Shown here: piece by piece, positions 26,166-39,643 of the stretch | Layout of the letters: each line of letters begins with the position of its first letter | How positions within the stretch are numbered: position 1 is the first letter of the stretch | DNA from: Malacoraja senta | Lineage: Eukaryota | Direction of reading: 5' to 3' | Length of the DNA stretch: 64,000 nt | Assembly (NCBI GenBank): GCA_038087875.1 | Contig: CM075995.1 | Coordinates: 5,024,001 to 5,088,000, forward strand | The notes under the pieces: generated by a model | The model's input: the letters and a program-made list of their open reading frames with translations, nothing else | Told to the model about the DNA's origin: nothing | Database searches by the model: none | Program-made: the position numbers and the translations under genes

Positions 26166-27526
26166 AGAGCTGTGGACTGGCTTCAACAGGATCAGGCTCT
26201 ACGATTTCTATATTTGTTTCCCACCGAGCATTCTTGACCTCCTAGCACATGAAAAATATGGATTAACGCAGTGGATCAGACAGCTTCTCTGGAGAAAAGG
26301 AATAGATGATGTTTCGGGTCGAGACCCTTCCTCAGACACGAAACGTCACCTATTCCTTTTCTCCATAGATGCTGTCTAACCAGCTGAGTTACTCCAGCTT
26401 TTTGTGTCTATCCTCGGTTTAAACCAGCATCTGCAGTTCCTTCCTACACAAAGAGATATGTATTAACCTGGTCAGTGGATCGTGGAAACGTGTTTGTTAT
26501 CTTTCCCTCCAAAACAAAATGGATATTGTTACTTTTGGCTGGTGGGCAAAAGTGAACGAGTTTCCACGAGTAGCAATAGATTGTGTGATTTAAATTTAAA
26601 CAACCAGTGTTTCTTGTTGCACAATGCAGCACAAAGAATTCCTTCTAAAATTACCAAGTATCCCAAGCACTCAAATAATTGTGTCCTGTGAACTCTTCAG
26701 CCTTTCAAGTTTCAACTATGGGAAAATGGATACCAACAAGCCACAAACAAAATAAGGGTTATCCAATTTCCTCTCTAATGAAAAGTAATGTTTCCTTGCA
26801 TAGTTCGGACATAGAGAGGCAGAATTAATTCTATCCTCTGGGATACTTATTCAATGTCTATGTTGTTAATTAATTATTTACTATTACATTGCACCACTGC
26901 TCTTAAGGAAGAGTATATCCTGCCAGTTAACCTACTAATACCATGGTATCTATTTCCCTTTACATTGTACTTTATTCTTCGGCACTGTCACAGATGGCAT
27001 AGTTCATCAATGGGTACTCTTCCTTTTGATGAATGACGAAGCAAGGTCTTCCGGTCGCTTCGCTTCTCTTTGCTTGTACTTGATCAGAGATTACAAAGTC
27101 ATGTTAAACATAGAAACATAGAAAACAGGTGCAGGAGTAAGCCATTCGGCCCTTCGAGCCAGCACCGCCATTCAATATGATCATCGCAGATCATCCAAAA
27201 TCAGTACCCTGCTCCTACTTTCTCCCCATATCCCCTGATTCCATTAACCCTAAGAGCAAAATCTAACTCTCTCTTGAAAATATCCAGTGAATTGGCCTCC
27301 ACTGCCTTCTGTGGCAGAGAATTCTACAGATTCACAACTCTGAGTGAATACGTTTTTCCTCATCTCAGTGCTAAATGGCCTACGCCTTATTCTTAAACTG
27401 TTACCCCTGATTCTGGACTCCCCCAACATTGGTAACAGTTTTCCTGCATCTAGCCTGTCCAATCCCTTAAGAATGTTATATGTTTCTATAAGATTCCCTC
27501 TCATCCTTCTAAATTCCAGTGAATAT

Positions 27527-27613
27527 AAGCCTAGACGATCCATTCTTTAATATACAGTAAGCCTAGACGATCCATTCTTTAATATACAGTAAGCCTAGAC
27601 GATCCATTCTTTA
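27527..27613. repeat. 32-bp tandem repeat (~2.7 copies) at the truncated end of a CR1 fragment (27105-27550, minus)
   Basis: Unit AAGCCTAGACGATCCATTCTTTAATATACAGT. Confidence 0.9.
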
Positions 27614-27743
27614 CCGTTTATGTTTATGTTTAACCGAGTTAATGTGTGAATTTTGTATAAAAGCAGTAAAATAGTAAGATTAAACGAGAACTTACCAGTT
27701 TGAGGTTTGATCTTTATTTTATGAGGAGTTACGTTGAGGGATT

Positions 27744-27992
27744 GCTGTGTGGAATGAGCTTCCAGTGGAAGTGGTGGAGGCAGGTTCGATGTTATCCTTT
27801 AAAAATAGATTGGATGGGTATATGGACGGGAAAGGAATGGAGGGTTATGGTCTGAGTGCAGGTAGATGGGACTAGGGGGAAGTATTTATTTTTAATTTAA
27901 AAAAAAAAAATTAAAAAATGTTCGGCACGGACTTGAAGGGCCGAGATGGCCTGTTTCCGTGCTGTTATGGTTATATGGTTATATGGTTATAT
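27744..27992 (+). mobile_element. CR1-type 3' tail inserted in the DIRS right terminus
   Basis: (TTATATGG)n tail and GGATT duplication; the ICR preserves the uninterrupted sequence. Confidence 0.8.
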
Positions 27993-28714
27993 GGATTACG
28001 TGAAGAAGAAGAGTCCATCCAGCCGCACACGCGTCAATCTTCAAGGCAGCGGAGTGAAATCACAGACGACAATTACTGAAGTATGATAGTAAGATAAATA
28101 AAGACTAGAACTACCAGCTCGATCTTTTATGAGGGTGGGAGCGGAGGGCACGTAATCCCTCAACGTAACTCCTCATAAAATAAAGATCAAACCTCAAACT
28201 GGTAAGTTCTCGTTTAATCTTACTATTTTACTTCGGAGTCACGTGAGTGACTACGTGAAGATTTCAAAGCTCTGTGATTTCAGGCCGTAGATTCAATCCA
28301 GGCGCTCACTGCATTGATTGACTCTAAATAAGTAAAATAATCAACAATGCACAACCACAACATGGATGCAACCAGTTAATGGTTAATTTATCACCAGAAT
28401 AGTAACCCCTTTATCACAAGAGGAATATTTAATACTAAATCCCAAAATAACACCACCAAATAACTACAGGTATTATAATCTCCTTATGGTAATAGGTGAA
28501 TTCTTTCACTTATGCCTGCAGCCACGAGGATATGTTTTATTAGAACATCCAATTCCTTGGCCGTCAAACTTGATGGTGCCCTGGTGAAATAAGATTAAAA
28601 TTTGTCAGTATCCATACCTGCATCAAGAAACACATGCTTTAGCCATTTTTAAAATAGTCTAAACCGACACTTTCCTATGCAGCTATTTATGGCTAATAAA
28701 ATACTCGTACTGAA

Positions 28715-29864
28715 CCTCCTTGACCTCACTATCTCCATCGCAGGTGATAGACTCCTTACCGACATCCACTACAAACCTACCGACTCCCATGGCTATCTGG
28801 ACTACACTTCTTCCCACCCTGCTTCCTGTAAGGACTCCATCCCCCACTCCCAATTCCTCCGTCTATGCCGCATCTGCTCCCAGGATGAGGCGTTCCACAC
28901 CAGGGCATCTGAAATGTCCTCATTCTTCAGGGAACGGGGGTCCCCCTCCTCCACCATAGATGAGGCTCGCACCAGGGTCTCTGCCATACCCCGCAACACT
29001 GCTCTCTCTCCCCATCCCCCCACTCACAACAAGGGCAGAGTCTCCCTAGTCCTCACCTTTCACCCCACCAGCCATCACATACAACAAGTGATCCACCGTC
29101 AGTTTCGCCACCTCCAACGTGACCCCACCACTCGCCACATCTTCCCATCTCCCCCCATGTCTGCCTTCCGCAAAGACCGCTCCCTCCGTAACTCCCTTGT
29201 CAATTCTTCCCTTCCCTCCCATACCACCCCCTCCCCTGGTACTTTCCCTTGCAACCGCAAGAGATGCAACACTTGTCCCTTCACCTCCCCCCTCTACTCC
29301 ATTCAAGGACCCAAGCAGTCGTTCCAGGTGCGACAGAGGTTCACCTGCATCTCCTCCAACCTCATCTATTGCATTCGCTGCTCTAGATGCCAGCTGATCT
29401 ACATCGGTGAGACCAAGCGGAGGCTTGGCGATCGTTTCGCCGAACACCTCCGGTCGGTCCGCAATAACCAACCTGAACTCCCGGTGGCTCAGCATTTGAA
29501 CTCCCCCTCCCATTCCGTATCTGACCTCTCTGTCCTGGGTCTCCTCCATGGCCACAGCGAGCAACACCGTAAATTGGAGGAAATGCACCTCATATTCCGC
29601 TTGGGCAGTCTACATCCTGGGGGCTTGAACATTGAATTCTCCCAATTCTGCTAGCCCTTGCTGTCCCCTCCCCTTCATCAGCCACCTGGTTGTCTCCTCC
29701 CCTCCCCCAGCCCTCGGGCTCCTCCTCCGCCTTTTTCCTTTTTTCCTTTCTTCTCCCCACCCCCTATCAGTCTGAAGAAGGGTTTCGGCCCGAAACGTTA
29801 CCTATTTCCTTCGCTCCATAGATGCTGCTGCACCCGCTGAGTTTCTCCAGCATTTTTGTGTACC
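28715..29864 (+). mobile_element. 5'-truncated Penelope-like element (RT thumb, Cys linker, GIY-YIG endonuclease, pLTR), inserted in the DIRS YR
   Basis: ORF 28677..29654 has KPTD..YLDYTSSHP, CNRKRCNTC and IYCIRCSRCQLIYIGET...RFAEH...GLN, followed by a pLTR with a hammerhead-like core. Confidence 0.92.
29772..29800 (+). ncRNA. Minimal hammerhead-like core in a Penelope pLTR (representative copy)
   Basis: CUGAAGA-A-GGGU(UUCG)GCCC-GAAA-CGUUA. Confidence 0.55.
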
Positions 29865-32800
29865 CTCTTTAAGGTTCTGATAGCTTCAATCTAACATTGT
29901 AAATGTGATACCACACATAGACGTGGATCCGTAGGATATACTGAAACCCCAACTTACATCCTGTGATTCCACATCTACTCTGTTTAAGCAATTCATAGAC
30001 ATAGAACACAATAGTAACTGTTTGTCTCTTTCCATCATGTCTATTCTTACTTTCTGCAATAGTTGCACTCTCTGTGCATAAACCAGTCCCCTGAACTTGA
30101 CTTCCTTAATGATAATTCAAGCCAAGGACAGCACTGTAATAGAAGTCCATAAACAAACAATATAGCATATCTCTTACATTCCAGATTATTGTATACTTGT
30201 GTCTAAGAGGTTTTAGAATTAAAATCCTTTCATAAATTTGCAGACCAAAGGGTGTAACCCCACCACATTTTGTTCTGATTCCTCCATAGATATGCAGTAA
30301 CGGCACTCCTTGCAGTATTCATAGCATTATAGCTTAACTGCTAATAAAATAAAGAGTTTACAGAACTCGAACACTACTGATATGTCTATAGTGTGATATG
30401 TAATAGTTTGCTTAAACAAAACATATCCCATTTCTTTATGTAAGAAATGTACTACTTCTGGGTACATCCCTCCAGATTGCAATAATATCCACAGTACAAT
30501 CTGATAGTCCTCTTCCGATAAATGTCACACCTTAAAATCTGTAAATCAACAACCAATATGATTATGTAAAGGATGTGAATCATCAGTTATTGAGTGCACA
30601 AACAGATTAATTCTGTTTGGAAATCATAAGAGGCTTTTGTGATCATTTTAAACACCTCAGGGTACCATGGTTTTGTAGATCCAATCTAGTACCACCAATA
30701 CTCCCGAAACGGAATCCTGTTTGCTCTTCTGTATATACTGTTAAATGAGAAAAATGGAAAATGTATACAAACATTTTACCCCAATGCAGCAAAAAACATT
30801 CACCACTACTGCCCCAGTATCAGACTTTATAACATATATTTAGGTAATTGGTGGTTAAATCTGGATACAAACAAGTCATCAATCGTACTATAATATTGTT
30901 AAATTTCCTCACGATCCAACATACATTCTATATTATCATTGATTTACATGACTTTTGAGTCTTCAACTATATTGAATCTACCTCATAGGTAGATTGTCAA
31001 TCAAATATTTCTGGTAAATACCAGATCAAGATCACATTAACCAGTCTATTACAAGATACTGACTTAAACCACTCGAATGATTGACATACGTTCTATTCCG
31101 TAGTCTCAAACTATGTCTAAACATGCAACTTTGCATATAAGAGCAAATAAGCTTTAGGTCATAAATGTTCCTAAAACTTACATAATGATCCCTTGTTATT
31201 TGATCAAAAGGTACTTTCTCCATATTCCATGTACCTCCACAGCTGAAAATACTTATAAGTATGACCTCAACCTACAGCACCACCATTAGTGTGTAGCATA
31301 ATGGAAGGTGTTTAGCCAGAATCTCTCTGGAGGCATTTGAGACACTCCTGATTCATTAATATTCCAGTAATAACTATAACTGGCAAATACATGGCCTGGC
31401 AAACTTACCATAAATTGTATTATCCATTCCTCTATCCATGCTTACTATAAACTTTGATAATGCCGCAATCTAAATTCGACAGCTGAAAATAAGCAAAATT
31501 TGTAACATAGGCTTGTTTCCTGCCTAATTGAAGGTTGGTGCTCTATAATGAGCTTAATACCACTTCCAATTAAATGCCTAATTAAGGATTAGTGCTCTAT
31601 ATTGACCTTTATACTATGGTTGATGCTCTATAATGAGCTACGTACAACTTCCACTTAAATGCAGCCTTAATCCTGCAATCGGATCATGAACACGTGTTCT
31701 CATTTAATAATGGAACCCAAATAATAAATAACTGTGTTTGGAAACTGTTTTAGATTTATCTCGATGATTAACAAATCTCCAAAGTGAGCTTTATTCTAAC
31801 ACTCATGGTTCTGTTGTAGTCCGAATGTTTCCTACAATCAGAATATGGCAATAGACCATTACCAAATGGCCCTGAGTTCTTAGTAAAGCTAATATTAAAT
31901 CCAACAACCTGTCAAATAGTCTCAAGGCTGAGACTAAACATTAATACAATGCTTTAAATTGCCATCATTGGCTTATCCAGTTAAAATAGAAAATCTATTA
32001 TACCATACACAGTCACATAGTAAAATGCTTATTTGTGAAATTGGCTGCATAACATTAACAAATAAACATACGGTACAAAATAGAGTTAAAATTTGTCAGA
32101 ACTAGAATAAATCTACACCCACCATCCTTATTTGCTCTCATAACATATTTGGCATTAATTGATGATAATGGTGAACTGACTTCTTAATCATCTCTTTTCC
32201 ACAATATTTCATGTTTTGTCTGAATCTACATATTCTCTTATTTTGTGAAAATATGTGTCTGGTTTCAAATACCTTAGTAAGAGAAACTAAATATGGGTAG
32301 AACTACATTCTAACCCCACAATACTGTACAGTATAATATCAATTTGCCATTTTTTTGCAAGAAATGTAATCTTCCCCAACTTGTAAGTGTAAAACATTTA
32401 ATATGTTTCTTACAAAACCAGACCTCCTCCTCAGGGTTTGCTTATGGCAATTGTTATCCCCTGATCTTAGTGGAATATTATAACTTCCACATAACTCAGG
32501 AGGAGTGCGCCTATAACGCACATATGGGAAAGACAGAATTGATACTTTATTATCCCCAGTCACCACATATTGGTAGGGAAAACTGCCTTAATTTTATCTG
32601 TTAATCACACAGGATCATACCTTTTTAGGCTAGATCTTTCTAAAAACAGATTAATAGACAATTTAAATATTAGATGGTGTACAGAGTCCCCAAACTTAGG
32701 GTATATATTAGGTTTTATAACACTTTTATAAAACAATTATTTGAAAGTGCGCACTACACATGAGTGCTAATTCAACCTTGTTGTGATATAAACACATGCT

Positions 32801-33133
32801 CTCCATCCAACCTTTGGTCAAAAAAGCATTAATGCCTGACCAGTAATTTCAATACCCTCTCCCCCGCTGAGACTTGCTTATCATGCTCAATACTGCGGGT
32901 TTATTTTTGTAGACAGCTCATACCTGGTTAGAACCTGGAGCTGCTGGGAGAGTAAGTATTTTATTGACATAGTTTATTTATCTCCCAATGGTTCCCTCAT
33001 TTTTTTGGAACCACAACATAAATATATTGTGCCAACTCTGGTCCTTTGGCTCTGTATTGGGCTCTAGGCCTCATATAATCCGTTTACTTGAATCTTTGTA
33101 TAAACTAAACCTCCTCATGGAGGGGCGAATTTA

Positions 33134-33904
33134 AGGCTCTGTCTCACGGGTTGGCGGTCATTGGCGGTGAAGCACGGCGTCGCCGGAACAGGGGACCGCA
33201 CGGCAACCGCGAGAGCGCCGCACGGATGCTGCACGGGGGCCGAGTGATCTCCGTACGGCCGGTCCCACGAACTTGCGGTAAGTAAAAAAAAATTAAACCT
33301 TAACGGAAGCTGGTGCTGCGCGTATGCCGGGTGACCACAAGCATGCGATCGCGGACTTTTACCGGAAGCGGGGGGGGTGCGCGGACGTCCATTTTGAGCG
33401 GAGTCTAGAAGGTCGAGCCTGACGCCATTTGTTGCAGGTAATCCTTAAATTTGTTAAATCCTTAAATTTGTCGGGTGATGACGACATCGCACAACGCGAC
33501 GCGTTACACGATGATGTCATTTCGGTTTGCGGGGCTGTGGCGGTGCTGGTGGTGATCGTGGCACTGTGGCGGCGGCTGTGGCGGTGCCCGTGCCGCACAC
33601 GTGCCTCACTGGCGGCGGCTGTGGCGGTGAAAGTTGGACTCACGGCGCTCGTGCTGCACTGGCGGCGGCTGTGGCGGTGCCCATGCCGCACTCATGCCTC
33701 ACTGGCGGCGGCTGTGCGGTAGGAAAAGTTTTTTCGACATTGTCGCTTTTTTGTGAGCACCGTGCGGTGTTGGGACCAACACCGCACGGCCCCGGCGATG
33801 TGCGTTGGACCGACCCCGCGGTCTCTGGCGGTCCACGAGCGGTAGAAACTTCCTGTTTCACCGCCAGTAACCGCCAGTAACCGCATACCCGTGAGACAGG
33901 CCTT
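33134..33904. mobile_element. GC-rich Harbinger-type MITE nested in the DIRS element
   Basis: TIR AGGC(T)CTGTCTCACGGG at both ends; TTA flanks. Confidence 0.75.
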
Positions 33905-35544
33905 TTACATCCTGCTTCAGGTATCTCTAGTGCTGACTCTCCCATAGGCCTACGCATAACAACCCTTCCAGTTGCTCTCCATGCGGGCACTCCTGTAGGC
34001 CCATCATAGGCAGCCCTCTTTCAGGTGCTGCTGGCGCTGGCTCACCTGTAGGCCAACGCTAACTTCCAGATATAGTTGGCGCTGGCTCTCTTGTAGACCA
34101 ACGTACCTTAACCAACCATTTGCTCACACTGGCTCACCTGTAGGCCAGCGCTGAACCGGACTTTCTCAAATATTTCCTATGCTGGCTCTCCCTTTAGGCC
34201 AACATTGAGCCGGCCCTTATAAAGCACTCCATGCGTTGGCTCTCCTCTAGGCCAATGCTAAACCTGGACCTCCACCAGGCACCCCTGCACTGGCCCTGTA
34301 GGGACAATGTTAAAACAGACCTTCCCCAGGCACTTCATACACTGGCCTTCTCTAGCCCAACACAAAGCCAGGACCTTCTCTAGGCACTTCATATGCTGGC
34401 TCTAATTTAGACCAAATAGTTAACCTGGACATTCCCCAGACATTCCCTGCATTGCCCTGCAACTAGGTTTTTAAAATATAACAAACTAGTTACCTGACTC
34501 CCTGCATTGCCTTGTAACTAGATTTTAAATATAACCAACTAGTTACCTGAAACGGGGATCTCCGGTCTGACTTCTTTAACGGCAACCTCTTATCTATGCG
34601 ATCTAAATAGCGCTAAACGGCAGCCGTTTAAAATTTGTTTTTAAAAGGGCGCCCGCTACTCACAGACCCGCAGTCTGTCTGAGTACTCTGCGGTACACTT
34701 CCACAATTTTCTTCATTATGACTTGTATTTTATTACTACAAGTCTTTTAAATCGCCTGAAAACCGTAAGTAAAAACTTACCTTCAGGTTTTTTACTTACC
34801 GGTTTGGAGGAGCTCTGCTCGCTCCAAACATCGGCACTTCACTATGCGTCTGTACGTTATGACGCGTGTGCGGCTCGACGGGCTCTTCTTCACGTAGTCA
34901 CTCACGTGACTCCGAAGTAAAATTGATGTTGCACAAAAAGTGGCATATTTTTAAGCAGCAGCAGTCCACTTTCTATTACAAGTCAGGGTAGAGCACAGGC
35001 ACTGGTCAATGGGCTGAGTGAAGTCTTTTATGATTGGGTTGACAGCCACGAGAACATTGAGGATCTCATCTTTAGTTTAGTTTCGAGATACAATGGGGAA
35101 ACAATACGGGTATGTGGAAAAGGCAGAAGAATGGGGTTAAGGGGGAAAGATAGATCAGCCATGATTAAATGGCGGAGTAGACTTGATGGGCTGAATGGCC
35201 TGATTCTGCTCCTATCACTTTAGAACTTATGAGCCAACGAGTCCGCGATGACCAACGATCCCCGGAAACTGGAGCTCCCGTAGTAAACCCAGGCAGGTCA
35301 CGGAGAGAACATACAAAGTCCGTTCAGACAGCATCCATAGTTGGGATCGAACCCGTGTCTCTGCTTCTGTCAGGCAGCAACTCTACACCACCGTGCTCCA
35401 TTATGTATTGTGTGCAGTTTTAGTCTAATGTGTGCAATTTTGGTCCGCTAATTTGAGGAAGGACATTCTTGCTATTGAGGGAGTGCAGCGTAGGTTTACA
35501 AGGTTGATTCCCGGGATGGCGGGACTGTCATATGCTGAGAGAAT

Positions 35545-38500
35545 AGAAACATAGAAACATAGAAAATAGGTGCAGGAGTAGGCCATTCGGCCCTTCGAGC
35601 CTGCACCGCCATTCAATATGATCATGGCTGATCATCCAACTCAGTATCCTGTACCTGCCTTCTCTCCATACCCCCTGATTTGCACTTTTCTATATTGCAC
35701 CTTTTATTATTGCACCTTAATAACATACCTCAAAATTTTACTACACTCTGGCACACTGTGAATATTTTATATAATGTTTATGTCCATTGTCTATCTTTAT
35801 TGGTATATTGTCTGTCTGTTATAAATATTACTTGCACATTGGAGTATGGGGAAACGCAATTTCAATCCTCTGTGTAACTACTTGTTGCATTATTTGAATT
35901 CACAATAAAGTTTACTTTGACTTTGACTTTGATCCCTTTAGCCACAAGGGTCACATCTAACTCCCTCTTAAATATAGCCAATGAACTGGCCTCAACTACC
36001 TTCTGTGGCAGAGAGTTCCAGAGATTCACCACTCTCTGTGTGAAAAATGTTTTTCTCATCTCGGTCCTAAAGGATTTCCCCTTAATCCTTAAACTGTGAC
36101 CCCTTGTCCTGGACTTCCCCAACATCGGGAACAATCTTCCTGCATCTAGCCTGTCCAACCCCTTAAGAATTTTGTAAGTTTCTATAAGATCCCCCCTCAA
36201 TCTTCTAAATTCTAGCGAGTACAAGCCGAGTCTATCCAGTCTTTCTTCATATGAAAGTCCTGACATCCCAGGAATCAATCTGGTGAACCTTCTCTGTACT
36301 CCCTCTATGGCAAGAATGTCTTTCCTCAGATCTCTCTCTCTTTCTCTTTCTCTTTCTCTCTCTCTCTCTCTCTTTTTCTCTTTCTTTCTCTCTCTCCAAA
36401 ACTGTACGCAATACTCCAGGTGTGGTCTCACCAAGACTGCAGTAGAACCTCCCTGCTCCTATACTCAAATCCTTTTGCTATGAATGCTAACATACCATTC
36501 GCTTTCTTCACTGCCTGCTGCACCTGCATGCCTACTTTCAAGTAGGCATGAAGAAGGGTTTCTGCCCGAAACGTTGCCTATTTCCTTCGCTCCAAAGATG
36601 CTGCTGCACCCGCTGAGTTTCTCCAGCATTTCTGTGTACCTGCCTACTTTCAATGACTGGTGTACCATGACACCCAGGTCTCGTTGTATCTCCCCTTTTC
36701 CTAATCGGCCACCATTTAGATAATAGTCTACTTTCCTGTTTTTGCCACCAAAGTGGATAACCTCACATGTATCCACATTATACTGCATCTGCCATGCATT
36801 TGCCCACTCACCCAGCCTATCCAAGTCACCTTGCAGCATCCTAGCATCCTCCTCACAGCTAACACTGCCCCCCAGCTTCGTGTCATCTGCAAACTTGGAG
36901 ATGTTGTATTCAATTCCCTCGTCCAAATCATTAATATATATTGTAAATAGCTGGGGTCCCAGCACTGAGCCTTGCAGTACCCCACTAGTCACTGCCTGCC
37001 ATTCTGAAAAGTACCCATTTACTCCTACTCTTTGCTTCCTGTTTGCCAGCCAGTTCTCTATCCACATCAATACTGAACCCCCAATACCGTGTGCTTCAAG
37101 TTTGTATACTAATCTCTTATGTGGGACCTTCTCGAAAGCCTTCTGATAGTCCAGATATAACACATCCACTGGTTCTCCCTTATCCACTCTACTAGTTACA
37201 TCCTCAAAAAATTCTATAAGATTCGTCAGACATGATTTACATTTCGTAAATCCATGCTGACTTTGTCCAATGATTTCACCACTTTCCAAATGTGCTGCTA
37301 TCCCATCTTTAATAACTGACTCTAGCAGTTTGCCCACTACCGATGTTAGACTAACTGGTCTGTAATTCCCCTTTTCTCTCTCCCTCCCTTTTTAAAAAGG
37401 GGGTTACATTAGCTACCCTCCAATCCTCAGGAACTACTCCAGAATCTAAGGAGTTTTGAAAAATTATCACTAATGCATCCACTATTTCTGGGGCTACTTC
37501 CTTAAGTACTCTGGGATGCAGCCTATCTGGCCCTGGGGATTTATCGGCCTTTAATCCATTCAATTTACATAACACCACTTCCCGGCTCACCTGGATTTCA
37601 CTCAGTTCCTCTATCTCATTTGACCCGCGGTCCCCTGCTATTTCCGGCAGATTATTTATGTCTTCCTTAGTGAAGACAGAATCAAAGTACTTATTCAATT
37701 GGTCTGCCATGTCCTTGTTCCCCATGATCAATTCACCTGTTTCTGACTGCAAGGGACGTACATTTGTTTTAACTAATCTCTTTCTCTTCACATATCTATA
37801 AAAACGTTTGCAGTCAGTTTTTATGTTCCCTGCCAGTTTTCTTTCATAATCTAATCCATAATCCTCTGCTGGTCTCTGAATTTCTCCCAGTCCTCTGGTA
37901 GGCTGCTTTTTCTGGCTAATTTGTACGCTTCATCTTTTGTTTTGATACTATCCCTGATTTCCCTTGTTATACACGGATGCACTACCTTCCCTGATTTAAT
38001 CTTTTGCCAAACTGGGATGAACATTTTTTGTAGTTCATCCATGCAGTCTTTAAATGCCTTCCATTGCATATCCACCGTCAACCCTTTAAGAATCAATTGC
38101 CAGTCAATCTTAGCCAATTCACGTTTCATACCCTCAATGTTACCTTTCTTTAAGTTCAGAACCCTTGTTTCTGAATTAACAATGTCACTCTCCATCCTAA
38201 TGAAGAACTCAACCATATTATGATCACTCTTGCCCAAGGGGCCACGCACAACAAGACTGCTAACTAACCCTTCCTCATTACTCAATACCCAGTCTAGAAT
38301 AGCCTGCTCTCTCGTTGGTTCCTCTACATGTTGGTTTAGAAAACTATCCCGCATACATTCCAAGAAATCCTCTTCCATAGCACCCCTGCCAACTTGATTC
38401 ACCCAATCTATATGTAGATTGAAGTCACCCATTATAACTGTTTTACCTTTGTTGTACGCATTTCTAATTTCCTGTTTGATGCCATCCCCAACTCCACTAC

Positions 38501-39643
38501 TACTGTTAGGTGGCCTGTACACAACACCCACTAGCGTTTTCTGCCCCTTAGTGTTTCGTAGCTCTACCCATATCGATTCCACATCCTCCAAGCTAATATC
38601 CTTCCTTTCCATTGCGTTAATCTCCTCTCTAACCAGCAACGCTACCCCACCTCCTTTTCCTTTCTGTCTATCCCTCCTGAATATTGAATATCCCTGGATG
38701 TTCAGCTCCCAGCCTTGGTCACCCTGGAGCCATGTCTCCGTGATCCCAACTATATCATAATCATTAATAGCCATCTGCACATTCAACTCATCCACCTTAT
38801 TACGAATGCTCCTTGCATTGAGACACAAAGCCTTCTGGCTTGTTTTTACAACGCTCTTACCCCTTATACAATTATGTTGAAAAGTGGTCCTTTTTGATTT
38901 TTGCCCAGGATTTGTCTGCCTGCCACGTTTACTTTTCACCTTGTTACCTATTGCTTCTACCCTCATTTTATACCCCTCTGTCTCTCTGCTCACACATTTA
39001 AGAAACCCACTTATTCTCAGTTTATTATTTTTTTCTTCTTTCCCCCCTACCTGTTGGGTCTGAGTGCTTCCCTTCTCTGCCTCCTGCCTCCCACACTGTC
39101 TACAAGCTTTCTCTATTTGAGTCCCTCCCCCTAACCGTTCTAGTTTAAAGTCTCCCCTGTAGCCTTTGCAAATCTCCCCGCCAGGATATTGGTCCCCCTC
39201 GGGTTCAAGTGCAACCCATCCTTTTTGTACAGGTCACACCTTCCCCAAAAGAGGTCCCAATGATCCAGAAACTTGAATCCCTGCCCCCTGCACCAGTCCT
39301 TCAGCCACGCATTTATCCTCCACCTCGCTTCATTCCTACTCTCACTGTCGCGTGGCACAGGCAGTAATCCCGAGATTGTTACCTTTGCGGTCATTCTCCT
39401 TAACTCTCCTCCTAACTCCCTAAATTCTCCTTTCAGGACCTCTTCCCTTTTTCTACTTATGTCATTGATACCTTTCTGTACCACGACCTCAGGCTCCTCT
39501 CCCTCCCATTTCAGGATATCTTGGACACGTTCAGACACATCCCGGACCCTGGCACCAGGGAGGCAAACTACCATCCGGGTCTCCTGACTGCATCCACAGA
39601 ATCGCCTATCTGACCCCCTAACTATAGAAGGGGGTCCAACTAT
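35545..39643 (-). mobile_element. Near-complete CR1/HER1-type LINE: partial ORF1 SGNH esterase plus ORF2 APE endonuclease and RT, frameshifted
   Basis: ORFs 39140..39574 (CLPGARV...DGLHLN), 37851..38993 (NARS, ITETW, MGDFN, SDH), 37351..37791, 36465..37337 (QGSVLGP, FADD) and 35862..36434; (TTTCTATG)n tail. It splits a plus-strand CR1 at AGAAT. Confidence 0.93.
36542..36640 (+). mobile_element. Solo Penelope pLTR fragment in the CR1 RT
   Basis: 13-bp TSD TGCCTACTTTCAA; sequence nearly identical to 29773-29864. Confidence 0.85.

Larger units (their letters stand above)
27665..34923 (-). mobile_element. Decayed DIRS1-like tyrosine-recombinase retrotransposon with ITRs and an internal complementary region (ICR)
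   Basis: ITRs at 34860-34895 and 27998-28036; the ICR at 28149-28260 is complementary to both termini. Minus-strand remnants: RT (KDGGCRFIL, ~32100), MT-like region (DLFVSRFNHQLPKY, ~30860), YR (LVYAQRVQLL, ~30070; WLKHVFLDAGMDTDKF*SYFTRA, ~28600). Confidence 0.88.
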
